In this document: positions 51,921 through 64,000 of the stretch, piece after piece
How the letters are laid out: each line of letters starts with the position of its first letter
Numbering within the stretch: position 1 is the first letter of the stretch
Assembly: GCA_051362555.1 (NCBI GenBank)
Contig: CM120643.1
Span: 2,914,001 to 2,978,000 of the forward strand
Origin: Lingula anatina
Lineage: Eukaryota; Animalia; Brachiopoda
Direction of reading: 5' to 3'
Length of the DNA: 64,000 nucleotides
Translations under genes and position numbers: made by a program
Notes under the pieces: model-generated
Told to the model about the DNA's origin: nothing
Databases searched by the model: none
The model's input: only the letters and a program-made list of their open reading frames with translations

Positions 51921-53192
51921 ATGTCCAGCACTACCGTGATGTTAAATGAAACTTTGGTGGCCGACGCCATTCCACTGAACGGATCAAATGAGACCGCTCT
52001 ACCCTGTCAACGCATGAGCTGCATCGTCTTTATCACCGTAGAAGCCTTGATATCGCTGGTATCGGTAACGTCTAATTGTTTGGTCATTTTTGCGTTTTGG
52101 AAATTTGAGTGGCTTCGCTCGAACACTAACATAGCCATTGTAAGCTTAGCACTAGTTCACATTTTGACCGGTCTGATCAGCATGCCTTACAATATAGTCC
52201 TAGGGTATCTCGTCGACATCTTTCCAGCATTGCACCATTTGGCCCTCAACAAGTACTTCTGCCTTGGAAAAATAGCAGCAATGGGTATATGCCTTGGAAT
52301 TTCGATGCTCCTACAGACTCTGATTTCTTTTGAAAGATACATGAAGATATGCTGGTATATTCACTATCCCAAACTTTTTCCAAAAAAGAGATTTTATTTC
52401 ATCATCGCAATGTGCAACGTGTATATGGTCTTTTTGAATTCTATACCTATCATGGGCTGGAATAACTGGACTCCAGGCGTGGAATGCAGGGCGGATACGA
52501 CAATGGCAGGTTTCATGCGCTACATTGGAACACCACACATCCCTATTTGTCTGTTGGTTGCCTTAGGTTTCTATATCGCAATATTTAGAAAAGTCAAGAA
52601 GCAAAAACAACAAGTGGGGCAGTATAGCAATGCTTTATCGCAAAAGGAGCAAACTGTTACACAGACAAGCCAAACAGCCAGTGGTAGCGTGGTGCCACAG
52701 TTTCCATCAGTTTCTGACCCACCAGCCTCCCCCTCCCCGAGTAGTCGTCCTCGAGGACAGGCAGGATTAAATACAGTTTCGAGTGTCATCAAGGGACCCA
52801 GTGAGGGAGGCGAAAGCGGGGTGCCCGGTCCCTCTGGTTTGGGGTCATTGACAGCTTCTACCTCTAGGGGCGATCCTTCCACCTCTCATATCTCTGACAA
52901 GTCTAAACGAGTGCCAATCAAATTACCGACCAGCGACACAGAGGCCAAGCTTGCAAAAATGACTGCAGTTATTCTCGGAAGCTTCTTTGCTCTGCATTGT
53001 CCATACCCGATAATAGTCTGGAGTGAGAAATACTTTGAGAAGGGCAGTTTGACATTTGCTGTTCTTCGAAACATTGCCATTGAATTAGCATCCTTAAGTT
53101 CAGCAATTAATCCGTTCATATACGGTTGGATGAATTCCAATTTTAGGCGAGCATTTTTCAAAATGTTTAACTTAAAAAAAGAAAACGTCTAA
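51921..53192 (+). CDS. Class A GPCR copy 2, 423 aa, single coding exon
   Basis: Paralogue of copy 1 with ERY and NPFIY, but TM2 LALVH and TM6 LHCP. First ATG at 51921 (the ORF-track start at 51825 is non-ATG). Confidence 0.92.
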   Translation: MSSTTVMLNETLVADAIPLNGSNETALPCQRMSCIVFITVEALISLVSVTSNCLVIFAFWKFEWLRSNTNIAIVSLALVHILTGLISMPYNIVLGYLVDIFPALHHLALNKYFCLGKIAAMGICLGISMLLQTLISFERYMKICWYIHYPKLFPKKRFYFIIAMCNVYMVFLNSIPIMGWNNWTPGVECRADTTMAGFMRYIGTPHIPICLLVALGFYIAIFRKVKKQKQQVGQYSNALSQKEQTVTQTSQTASGSVVPQFPSVSDPPASPSPSSRPRGQAGLNTVSSVIKGPSEGGESGVPGPSGLGSLTASTSRGDPSTSHISDKSKRVPIKLPTSDTEAKLAKMTAVILGSFFALHCPYPIIVWSEKYFEKGSLTFAVLRNIAIELASLSSAINPFIYGWMNSNFRRAFFKMFNLKKENV

Positions 53193-54754
53193 TGTTCCTT
53201 TTTCACCAAACTTGTATATAAGTTTCTTGTCCTAATAAGGTATTGTGTACATGTCTAAAGTAAAATGGATATACTAAGTTTAATATCTTGACATCCCTTC
53301 CTAATGTCACAACTAACATCAGAAGACTGGACAATGAGGTTGATATTGATATTATCAATGAAAGCATGATGTTGACTTCTTATGAAAATGACTCCTTTTC
53401 GTCACTGTCGGGTTCACACTATGAAGCTGGATATGATAAAATGTCCATGCACATAAATTCAGCAGTTGAAACATTTCATGTCTGTAATAAATTGATGTTA
53501 ATCGGTAACTTAATGCTGTGTTCTTTATGTTAACTATTATTTTTGTGACAAATTTGGTTTAATTCCCCCAATATATATATATCATTCTTATATTTTCATT
53601 CAATTTCGATTAACAAGTTAATTTGAAAAAGCTTTTACATTTTGGTTTTCAATTCCGTTTCAAAGCCATAACTTATTCAGATTCTTAAATTTATTATCCG
53701 TGATAATGCTATTGTTAATATGCATGTGTCATTGTCATAAATACAATCAAAGGGTTTAGTTCATTCCTCGATTCTGCTGTTCCCCAAGGGTGGTAATATC
53801 ACCTACAAGAAGATAATTAACTGAATATTTTGCCATAATCAATAATAATCTGTGTTCTCTAACGTGTAGTTTTACCACTTGTATTCTGTACAGAAGATTG
53901 ATTGTTATAGATCACCAGTGAAGTACCAGCATGTGTTTTTCAGGTTATTTGCAGGGAATTAATTTCATCAAGAAATGATAAGATGGAAAATCAGGTGTCC
54001 AAGAAAACAGTGCCTTGCAGTTGTCATAATGATCGATAAATGGTTTTATTAAACACCGATTTATTTTGTTGTGTTTTGTTTTGTTTTGCGTCATTGCTAA
54101 TACTAGGTAACGTATGTTCCCCAGAACAATTGTAAAAAAAATTCATTTTTTTTTTCAATTACTTAGTGCAAAAGAATTTTTTTTTTTGTTGCTGACTGAA
54201 AAATATATTGTGATTCCATGATGGTTTGACATTTCTGATATAAAAGTTAAATCACTGTCAGGGTGAATTTTCCCCGTTTTTTTTTTTTTAATATTTTTAA
54301 TGTTTAAAAATATTCAGTGACAAGCAAACTTAAGTCGCTCAAAAACAATTAACTGTTCTATACAGAAGACTATTATAATGTTTTACAACGTTATACTTGT
54401 AGGACATAAATCAAAGAAAAAACAGTGATGAACGAATTTTTAAAGTGAGTAAAACGTTTCACAGCTGGACGTTTTGCATTTGGACAGTAACGTATGTTCC
54501 TTTTTGGGGATAGATGATGGACCATTTTTTATTATTCATGGAGAGTGAACCTTTGATACAAACTTCTTCATGTGGGACACTAAAATAATCTAACGTCTTT
54601 CCAAAGGCGTGCCGCATGAATACCTAATCTCCCGTGTACAAGAGGCTCCGGACAAAACATGAACGAACACAAACGAAGCCAATAGACCAACTAGAACACA
54701 CAGACATTACAAACTGAATATGCAGCGTTGCTTTCAATCACAGATTTAGGTGAA

Positions 54755-54915
54755 ATCAACACAAACCGCTGAACGTACTCAAAACACCTGTAGATTTGAA
54801 GACAAGGATTTACTCAACACCAACGTGACGTTAAATGAAACTGTGGCGGGTGATGTCGTTTTACTGAAAAGACCAAATTTGGCCGTTGAATTTTAAATCC
54901 AGCAATTAAAACAAC
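54755..54915 (+). pseudogene. GPCR remnant: N-terminal leader joined to a TM7 fragment (paralogue of 47652-47798)
   Basis: CAACACCAACGTGACGTTAAATGAAACTGTGGCGGGTGATGTC followed by CAGCAATTAA. Confidence 0.7.
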
Positions 54916-55786
54916 TGGCTTATTCCTTATCAATCTTTACACTCCAACAAAATTAATATGCCTCAAATTCTTCAATTTTTTCAACTTTTTCAACTCAAGG
55001 AAAGCTAGCTGTGTTTCGTTTTTCGTATTAAAAATCTCTTGCTTACTGTCCAAGCTCCTCTAAAAATATTTTCAAGGTATTAACAGCCAATATAACAATA
55101 TAAAAAGAGAAGGGAGTCAATTGAAAAAGTCCAGAATTGCTATTAATAAATAAATAAAAACGATTTATGTTTGTTTTATCTTAATGTGAAATATGTGACA
55201 CATTGGGTAATCAGTGATATACTAGTCATAAAAATTCTACATTTACGAGTGTGATATGTATATATACACTATAATTATCATTATGTAACAGTTTTTTTAA
55301 AATTTGTTCTCTTTTATATTCATTACAAACATTCAATGATTTCATATATACATAAGGACATGTCAGTGTGAAATATCTCTGCAATTTTGATAATCGCATC
55401 AAATTATTTATTTTGAAGTAGCTTTTACATGCTGCTCTTAATTTCCATTTCAAGACCAAACCTTAATGAGGAACCTCAATTTATCTTCCGTTGTAATGCT
55501 GAGTTTATGAAGCTATTGTCATCATGTCTGTGTCATCGTTAACTAGATGTCGAGAGTTTTGTTCAGTGCTCGACTCTGCTTGACATCCTATTTAAACAGA
55601 TTCCCTGTCGACGAGATAATTAACTGAATGGTTTGACGTAAAGAGGAGAAATCTGTGCTCCCTGGCGTCTAGTTGTACATGAAGCACTTGTTCTCAGCAA
55701 GGCTGATTGAATGTCATAGAATACCTGTGATGTACCAGCATGTGCTTTTCGGGTAATTTGCAGGGAATAAATTGCATCAGGAAATG

Positions 55787-55967
55787 ATGGTTTGGGGACA
55801 TTGGCAGCAGCTGCATCTAGGGGTGATCTTTCTACGCCTCATATCCGCTCTGGCAAGTCTAAAAGGGGAGACAATCAGATATTTTAAGTTCAGTATTTAA
55901 TCCGTTCATATACGGTTTGGGTGTGCATTTTTTTAATGTTAAACTTGAAAAAAGAAAACATTCCTAA
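55787..55967 (+). pseudogene. GPCR remnant (ICL3 and TM7 to C-terminus)
   Basis: GGTTTGGGGACATTGGCAGCAGCTGCATCTAGGGGTGATC...CATATCCGCTCT...TTAATCCGTTCATATACGGTTTG, with large deletions. Confidence 0.82.
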
Positions 55968-56907
55968 TATTCCTTTTTCATTAAACTTGGAAATTAGCCT
56001 TTTGTCCAAAGATTTATAGCTGTAAAGTGAAATACTTAATGTACTAAGTTAAATATTATGACATAACTTCCTGATATCTCAACTAGCATGAGATGACTGG
56101 CACATGAGGTTGATTTTGATAGCATCAACGAAAAAATGATGATGATTCTTATGAAAAGGACATTTAACGTCACTGGCAGGTTCACCCTATGAAGAGAGGT
56201 CCATGCCAATAAATTCAACAGTTTAAACAGTTTCGTTCTTTTTGTGAAATGATAGAACGCGGTATGTACACGGATGTTATATGTATGTGCGAAGGAAATC
56301 AAATTGTTGTCTTTAAGCTAGGATAAACAGCTATTAAGTTCATTATCTGTAAGACCAGGAAAATCTCTTTACATTTTAATTATTCGCTGGAAACTTCCAT
56401 TGACGACGTAACGACCCGGTCATATGAATATTAAATGGAAATAAGTAAACAAACTATATCCAGTTCCCCGGGTATAGAATTGATAAAGAATAAATATTAC
56501 TTATATAAACGCTAATAAATAAAATGGAATATAAAAAAGCCTCACCATTAACGCGTGCACCCCAACACTTCAGGTTATCACGAATTTAAGGTTTCACAAA
56601 AAGCTAAGATTAAAAAAAAGAAAGACGAAGGCAAATACAGCATGTTACTTCTGTGTACATGTGGTAAAAAATTGTTCTTTTTATCTGTCAAACGAAATAT
56701 AGGTAGATGGTTTTGCATTTACGAAGTCACGTCTTAATGATCTTGTGGTTATTTCTGTCACAAAGGAAAAATCCAGCAAACGTTATTACCACAGGAAAAT
56801 TACATATAAGTGCAAATGTAATATTCATCATTGCTTTCAAACAGAGAGTAAGGAGAACTTAGGAAGAAGCGTTGAACACACTCAGTGAGCAGATTTGAAG
56901 ACCAACA

Positions 56908-58185
56908 ATGAGGAATTCTACAGTGATGTTAAATGAAACTTTGGTGGCCGATGTCATGCCACTGAACGGATCAAATGAGACCGTTCTCCCTTGTCAACGC
57001 ATGAACTGTGTCGTCTTTATCACCATAGAAGCCCTGATATCGCTGGCATCGGTAACGTCTAATTGTTTTGTCATTTTTGCATTTTTGAAATTTGAGTGGC
57101 TTCGGTCAAACACTAACATAGCCATTGTAAGCTTAGCACTGGTTGACGTTTTGACCGGTCTGATCAGCATGCCTTACAATATAGTCCTAGTGTATCTCAC
57201 AGACATCTTTCCAGCATTGCAACATTTGGCCCTCAACAAGTACTTCTGCCTTGGAAAAATAGCAACAATGAGTACATGCCTTGGGCTTTCAATGCTCATA
57301 CAGACTCTGGTTTCTTTTGAAAGATACATGAAGATATGCCAGTATATTCACTATCACAGAGTTTTACCAAAAAAGAGATTTTATTTCATCACTGGCATGT
57401 GCTGCTTGTATATCCTCTCTTTCAATTCTATACCCTTCATGGGCTGGAATAACTGGACTCCAGGCGTGGAATGCAGGGCGGACACCTCTATGTCAGGCTT
57501 TCTACGCTTCATTGTGATACCACACATTCCTATTTGTCTGTTGGTTGCTTTAGGATTTTACATCGCAATATTTAGAAAAGTCAAGAAGAAAAACCAACAA
57601 GTTGGGCAGTATGGCAATGCCTTTCAGCATGCTTTATCGCAAAGGCTTCTAACTGTTAAACCAAAATACCAATCAGCTAGGAACAGAGTGTCGCCGATGT
57701 TTCCGTCAGTTTCTGACCCACCAGCTTCTCCGAACGCGACTAGCCGTTCCGGAGGAATAAATACGGTTTCAAGTGTCGTCCAGGAACCCAGTGTGGGAGG
57801 CGAAAGCGGGGTGCCTGGTCCCAGTGGTTTGGGGTCATTGTCAGCAGCTGCGTCTGAGGGCGATCCTTCCACGTCTCATATCCGCTCTAACAAGTCAAAA
57901 AGGATGAAAATCAAATTACCGACCAGCGACACAGAGGCAAAGCTTGCAAAAATGACTGCAGTTATTCTCGGTAGCTTCTTTGCTCTGTATTGTCCTTACC
58001 CGATAATATTCTGGAGCGAAAAGTACTTTGAGAAGGGAAGTTTGACATTTGCTGTTCTTCGAAACATTGCCATTGAATTAGCATCCTTAAGTTCAGCAAT
58101 TAATCCATTCATATACGGTTTGATGAATTCCAATTTTAGGCGAGCATTTTTCAAAATGTTAAATTTAAAAATTGAAAACACCTAA
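56908..58185 (+). CDS. Class A GPCR copy 3, 425 aa, single coding exon
   Basis: Intact ORF with the same motifs as copy 1 and a nearly identical 3' half. Confidence 0.93.
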   Translation: MRNSTVMLNETLVADVMPLNGSNETVLPCQRMNCVVFITIEALISLASVTSNCFVIFAFLKFEWLRSNTNIAIVSLALVDVLTGLISMPYNIVLVYLTDIFPALQHLALNKYFCLGKIATMSTCLGLSMLIQTLVSFERYMKICQYIHYHRVLPKKRFYFITGMCCLYILSFNSIPFMGWNNWTPGVECRADTSMSGFLRFIVIPHIPICLLVALGFYIAIFRKVKKKNQQVGQYGNAFQHALSQRLLTVKPKYQSARNRVSPMFPSVSDPPASPNATSRSGGINTVSSVVQEPSVGGESGVPGPSGLGSLSAAASEGDPSTSHIRSNKSKRMKIKLPTSDTEAKLAKMTAVILGSFFALYCPYPIIFWSEKYFEKGSLTFAVLRNIAIELASLSSAINPFIYGLMNSNFRRAFFKMLNLKIENT

Positions 58186-59350
58186 TGTTTCTATCTCTCC
58201 AAACATATGTATAAATTATCTTGCCTAAGGTATAAGGTATTGTGTACAGTTGTAAAGTGAAATACACAATGGTATACTCAGTTCAATATTATGACATCTC
58301 TTCTTTTTAAAAAATAAGATATTAAAATATCATCAGAAGAATAGATAAGCAGATTGATATTGATATTATCAATGGAAACATGATGCTGATTTCTTATGAA
58401 AATCACTACTAGGCGTCCCTAAGAAGCTGGATATGACAGGAAGTTCACGCTAATAAATTCAACATTCCCGTTCTTTTTGTGATATGATAGAATGCAGTAT
58501 GTACACAGATAATATGTATGTGCCAGGGAAATCACATTGTTGCCTTTAAACCATAATAAACAGCTGTTACCAGCTTTAAGACCAGAAAAATGTCTTTACA
58601 TTTCTACAGATTTGGTGGCAATTTCCATTGACGACGTAATATCCCTGTAACATGAATGTTAAATGGGAATAATTAAATGAGCTATATCCGATTCAGTGTA
58701 CTCTTCCCTGATAATATTTATATATAAAGCGAAAAACGACCCATTTTCCGCGGAAAGCGTGCTCACAAGAACGGCGCCATGTTGAAATTTTGATGGCCAG
58801 GTCCCATTGTTGTTACCCAGTACAGTGGACGTGCACATTGGTAACCATTTACAGGTACCAATGTCATGTTATTTATATGATCTGTAATAAACTGATGTCA
58901 ATGTGTAACTTAATGTTGTGGTTTTTATGTTACATGTAACTATAATTTTTGGACAAATTTTGTACAATTTTCCCAAAATATGTATTTCATTTTTATAGTC
59001 TAATTCAAATTTGATGAACACGTCAAAATAATTTGAAGAAGCTTTACAATGCTACTTTTCATTTCCTTTTCAATGCCATAACTTGTTCAGATACTTAAAT
59101 TTAGCATCATATTGTCAATATGCATGCGTCATTGTCATATATGCGGTTGAATAGCTGAGTTCATCGTTTGGCTCAGCTGTTGCCCGACATTCTACGAAAA
59201 CAGGTATCCCTAGTGGGGTAATATCACCTTTTAGAATATAATTAACTTCATATTTTGCCATAAACAAGTACAAGCTGTGCTCTCTAATGTGTAGTTTTAC
59301 CACTTGTTTTCAACACGACAGATTGATTTTCATAGATCACATGTGAAGTA

Positions 59351-62300
59351 CCGTATAGCTAAAAAAAACACGACTATTGGTACGCGTATGATCGATAACT
59401 GATTTAATTCTCGTAAGATTACCATCCGCCCCCTTCCTTATGAATAGGTATTACTTTATTAATACAATGCAACCGTCGTGTAGCCGCATGTTAGAAGACA
59501 ATGTTTGATTACGCACAGCAGTAGGAGGCCGCTACCCCTTCCCAGCAAGGAGTCAACACAGCAGCGCGTAACCCGGGGTTAATTAGGGGTTATTAGCTGT
59601 CCACTTATGATCGGTATTGTTCGTCTTGATTGCAGCACACTTCCTACTCACTATTGGTTCGACCGCCTCTTCTTTAAATGCTCTCTCAAACCTTTCCTCA
59701 GTCAGCCGAGAATGGAAACACGTTTATCTGCCGATAAACTACGTCGTTGATGTATTATTCGGCATCATTCTACAGTGGGTCATAAGGCTCTATCTATCAT
59801 TTTTTTCGTCTCGCATTTTACCAGATTAAGCTGACGCTCGAAAACTAAATTTAATGAATAATTTTCTCACGTGCACCGTATCCAGCTAATTTTACGACAA
59901 TAACTACCACGGCACCTCCGCCATTTGCAATTGTAGACGAACCACGTGTTTCCAACTGATAGGCCAATACAACTATACCAGACCCATTGTACGAGAAAAG
60001 ACCGTTTATATTTAATGAATTAAAAAACATTTGAGGATTGCGATTTTCTATTGATATACTATCGATGGTATCCCTGTATTAAATCATCCACTGCTACCCC
60101 CTCTTTTGTAGTGTAGCATGACTCGTATCACAAGATGGCCTTAGAAATGAAGTAAGACAGGCCTACACTCTGATAGTTTTTAGTCTATTATTAACCCTAA
60201 TGTCGTTGCTTGTCATTCATTCTAGAACTCTCTGAGCCATCGCAAAATTATTTGCCAGGACATTTAAAGGCTACTTCTTAACGGATTTTTTTTTATTTGC
60301 ACTGAGTCCAAAATGTTCGAGGACGTCTCTGTCGTTATCGCCGTTTCTCGGACGCAGTCCCAGACACAGGATCGGAAAGTTTCTAAATAAAAGAACTTAT
60401 AAATGCTGCCACTAGCCATCCTTATTGTTCCTAAGTAAAGAGAGGCGATAATGATCTTTTCTTTCTTCGAGCTTAGTCTGTCGACTAAAATGAACAAGGT
60501 TAGGCCTACAATGCAACCACCTATTATTACGACCATTAATGAGGTTCTTTGCTACACTCCCTTTCTTCATGATCGCGAAACCAGTGGGGTGCTGTGCTTT
60601 AAATATATAAAAAAAGGGGTCTCGCGAGGTGAAGCTATAATAATGAAATAAAAAAATCCAATGAATAGGCCTATCTAATAAACCATGAAGCACGTAGTCT
60701 AGGCCTCTTCTTTGATCGACATCACATTTTTACATTCTTTGTTTTAATAAGAGGACGAACGTGGTCTAATTTGTCTTTTGGTGGTGTGTGATTTTGCTCG
60801 AAGTAGCGGAGTCAAGTAAATCGGTGATTTACCGTTGGTAAGAGTAGCGATCATCGCTCCTGCGTCCTCATAGATTACTTTCTAATCACCCGTAATTAAC
60901 GCAGTCAGGAATAAGCGCTCAAATAGGGGTTTTTGTATCAGGGAAAATTTAAGTATTAATCTTATGTTGTTATGTATCTGTATTATGTAATCATGTAACT
61001 CATTTTCCCAAGGCAACCACCAATTATGACGACCATTAATGAAGTTCTCTGCTACACTCTCTCCTCATGATCACTTGCTCGATCGTGAAACCCTGGAGGT
61101 GTTGTATATATATTTGGGGTAGTTTACTATAGCATGCTACACTCTCCTCATGATCAGCTGCTCGATCGTGAAATCTGGAGTGAAACCCATGGTTTATCTA
61201 ACAATGGTTTAAATAAATAAAAAGGGTGTCACGGAGGTGAAGCTGCTTAACTCATAAGAATAACGAACGAAAAAATACGATGAACATTTAATAAACCACG
61301 AAGCACGTATGTTTTGACCGTTATCGCCTTTTTTACATAAGATGTCTCAACAAGAAGGCAGATGTAGTCCAATTTGTCTTTTGTTGGTGATTCTGCTTCA
61401 GGTGGCTGAGATTAGTTGATCGGTGATGCACCGTTGGTAAGAGTAGCAATCATCACTCCTGCGTTCTAACGGATTACTTTCCAACCCCCCATAATTAACG
61501 CAGCCAGGAATAGGCGCTGAAATAGGGGGTATTAAATCAGGAATTAATTTTTGTAATTATGTATCCGTAAAATAAGAATCGTAACATTATCACGTATTTT
61601 TCCTGATGGAAAATATCATAATTTATGCACACTGATCGAATTATAAAGAAAATCTCCAGACGTAAACAACGGTCAGTCAAGTATCACTCATCCCAGGCTG
61701 CAGGGCAGATATAGAGAATTGAATGAAGCGCCAGTGATCTGGCAACCCTACAAATTTGTCATAATGATTCATGGGCAAACAATAGAAGCATGATATTAAC
61801 ACCTTTTACAGTGTGAATGACGACACCTTATGAGGCTTTTGTTTCTTCCCCTGGGTTGGTATTACAAAGTATGTTGACGTAAGTGTGTTGACTTTTGCAT
61901 GTTCAAAGGAACAATGGAAATGTCATTTCAAAACAAAGAGCCACATTTCCCTACTTAGGTGGCCAAAATATTGTCAATGAAACGCAAAAAAGACAAAATC
62001 ACCAGCTGTTACTGACTGAGTCTAACTCAAATGCAAAAAGGTACGCACAGCGACAAAGCGCTATTGTAAACAATGACCCGACGATGAGATCAATAAGATG
62101 TATAAAATGACTATTTGTACTATAAAACTGTACCCCTGCCCCTATTTGTATATTATTACACACACAAGGCCACCCTATACCAGAGTTACAGATTGATTTT
62201 TCATTACACAGTCTCTTGCACTGAAGAAAAATACTCATAATTTATTTGCGGCCCTAGTAGAGGGTCTTCTCTCGCTTTCTCTCAAATCAAAATAAACTAG

Positions 62301-63481
62301 CAAACATGAAAATTGGCAAAATGTATTAGAATGTAAAGTGTTGCGAACCCTTTAAACAAGGTGAATGGTAATATGCACGTTTAGACAAATTTTAATTTTA
62401 ATTTCAATTAAATTTAATTTTAATTAAAATTGATATTACCAAAATTAGTAAATGTCGTTTGCGTCATGTATCAATATTTTTGCGCATAGTAGTACCTACG
62501 TTATAAACATTCAGCAAAGATATTTGGAAGGCCGCTCTTTTGTTGTTTATATCAAAGGAAAACTATATGATACCCATCGTATCAATCATTATACCATGAT
62601 AAGAGATTAGCATACTAATTTATGTCCCCAGTAATAATAACTTTAACAATAACAACAAACCTTCCTATGTGCTTTCCGTTGCAAAAACAATTAGCCACGA
62701 CTGTTTTATATATTAATAGATATTTATAATAATGACAATTTCAAAATCTTCAAGAGTACCGACAGGGACACGAACTCCCGTCAGGTAGGTTGCAGATGAC
62801 TCAACGACGTTAACCGTTGTTCCACCAATTCTATTCTTCACGCACTTAGATATCGACAGCTCTGTATTGCCGCGCATGCCGAAGCTTTGCGGAAATTGCC
62901 GAAGGCTAGGAAAATTCTTCAAAATATACTTTTATTACATTTAATCAAATCCACTCCCACTGCCCTGAGGTATGGCTAAAGGCTTTCAGTTGTCATCAGA
63001 CTTTGTAATTTGGGAGAAAAAAGTGAAACAGTAACTTCTGGTGATGAATAATAGGTAATAGTGCTGCAAGGTGTTGTTTTTTATCCCTGATGTACGAGTA
63101 GCTTTTTCTAAAGTTTCTATAATTCTCTTTACGTATGAAAATATGCAGGTTTTCTGATATAATAAGACTTTGATAAAATCAAAACCAATAATACTTTTAA
63201 AGTCGAGAGTCGGGATAAATATCGGCAAGGTGGAGATATGTCCCGCCGGCGCTACCGCAACAGCAAGACTGAAGGACGGAAGTTACAAAGCAAAACATGT
63301 TTAGTCAAGTTAAAGACTTAATTACCGGTTTAACTTCGGCGGCAGTGCCTACTGCTGTGAGCAACCTGCGCTGTCCATCGTAATCCCCCTATCATTAACA
63401 CTGTCGGGGACGTGCGCATTAGCGCGTCTGATGTAGACAGCGTGTGCTATTAAAGTGACCGGGGACTTATTAGCTATAGTG
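59351..63481. mobile_element. 4.1-kb insertion with short imperfect TIRs and TA duplication; putative non-autonomous DNA transposon
   Basis: Empty site GAAGTACCAGC at 42161-42171 versus GAAGTA[CCGTATAGCTAA...TTAGCTATAGTG]TACCAGC here. Confidence 0.85.
60511..61545. repeat. Internal diverged direct repeat of about 500 bp within the insertion
   Basis: GCAACCACC..ACGACCATTAATGA..GCTACACTC...CCGTTGGTAAGAGTAGC...TAATTAACGCAG.CAGGAATA occurs at about 60513-60945 and 61013-61545. Confidence 0.85.
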
Positions 63482-64000
63482 TACCAGCATGTGATTGTTG
63501 GATTATTTTCAGGGAATTAATTTCATCATGAAATGATAACATGGGTAACAGGTGTCCAATTAAGCAGTGTAAAACTGTCTTACAGTTGTCATGCATCACG
63601 CTTCACATTTAGCGGAAAAATGGACTTATTAAATCCATCTAAACAATGGCTGAGCATGAAGATGTTGTCAAGTAAAAATATTGCACGCTATTTTGTTGTA
63701 AATTTTGTCTGTCAGAAGATGATTTAAATTCGTTTACACTAATATGAAGATTTGCAATATTCAAAATGAAACATGAAGGTTTTGGTCCATGTTTCTTTAA
63801 AAGTCATTGAAGTGGATCGATATTCAAACAGTGGCTATTCCTACCTCCCTTACCAAATCCATAAATAATGACAATAATAATTCATAATAACGTTCATTTA
63901 CAACTAACTGTAGTATAAGAACAGGTAGATGCCTGGTCTTTCCAAAAGGGTTATCTCCCCCCCCCCCCCCCACCCCCGCATACTTCAAGATACCCTGAGA

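Larger units (their letters stand above)
57270..64000 (+). repeat. Recent segmental duplicate of about 40090-42690 (interrupted by an insertion; runs to the window edge)
   Basis: Near-identical 3' CDS and downstream flank at an offset of about 17.2 kb. Identity resumes at 63482 after the insertion. Confidence 0.9.

Noticed and set aside
60264-60536. KEKIIIASLYLGT resembles a PGS1/phospholipase-D-family motif (possible captured gene fragment)
   Set aside because: Only about 8 residues match, the flanks do not continue the similarity, and there is no HKD motif. It needs a database search before being credited.

Overview
AT-rich, intron-rich animal genomic DNA (invertebrate-like; the taxon is inferred, not shown). 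(1) 230-2121 (+): last four coding exons of an E2F4/5-type transcription factor. (2) 35893-5675 (-): a complete kinesin-3 gene of the KIF28/KLP-6 type. I assembled 25 core coding exons (about 1006 aa) with consistent splice phases, several micro-exons, candidate cassette exons in the tail and a C-terminal CaaX box (CVIQ). (3) About 36.9-64 kb (+): a tandem, shuffled cluster of single-coding-exon class A GPCR genes, with three intact copies and at least five decayed fragments. The most unusual signal is a 23-copy, 66-bp minisatellite (26861-28376) made of a kinesin 3' splice site plus the first 27 exon bases. It gives 22 near-perfect decoy acceptors, each leading to an in-frame stop, upstream of the only productive one, and smaller splice-site duplications occur at other exons of the same gene. 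Other points: GPCR copy 1 looks chimeric (copy-2-like 5' part, copy-3-like 3' part) and has a private triple CACGTG E-box; copy 2 has lost D2.50; and two TA-flanked TIR insertions are present (20755-23176 and 59351-63481, the latter with an empty paralogous site in the window).
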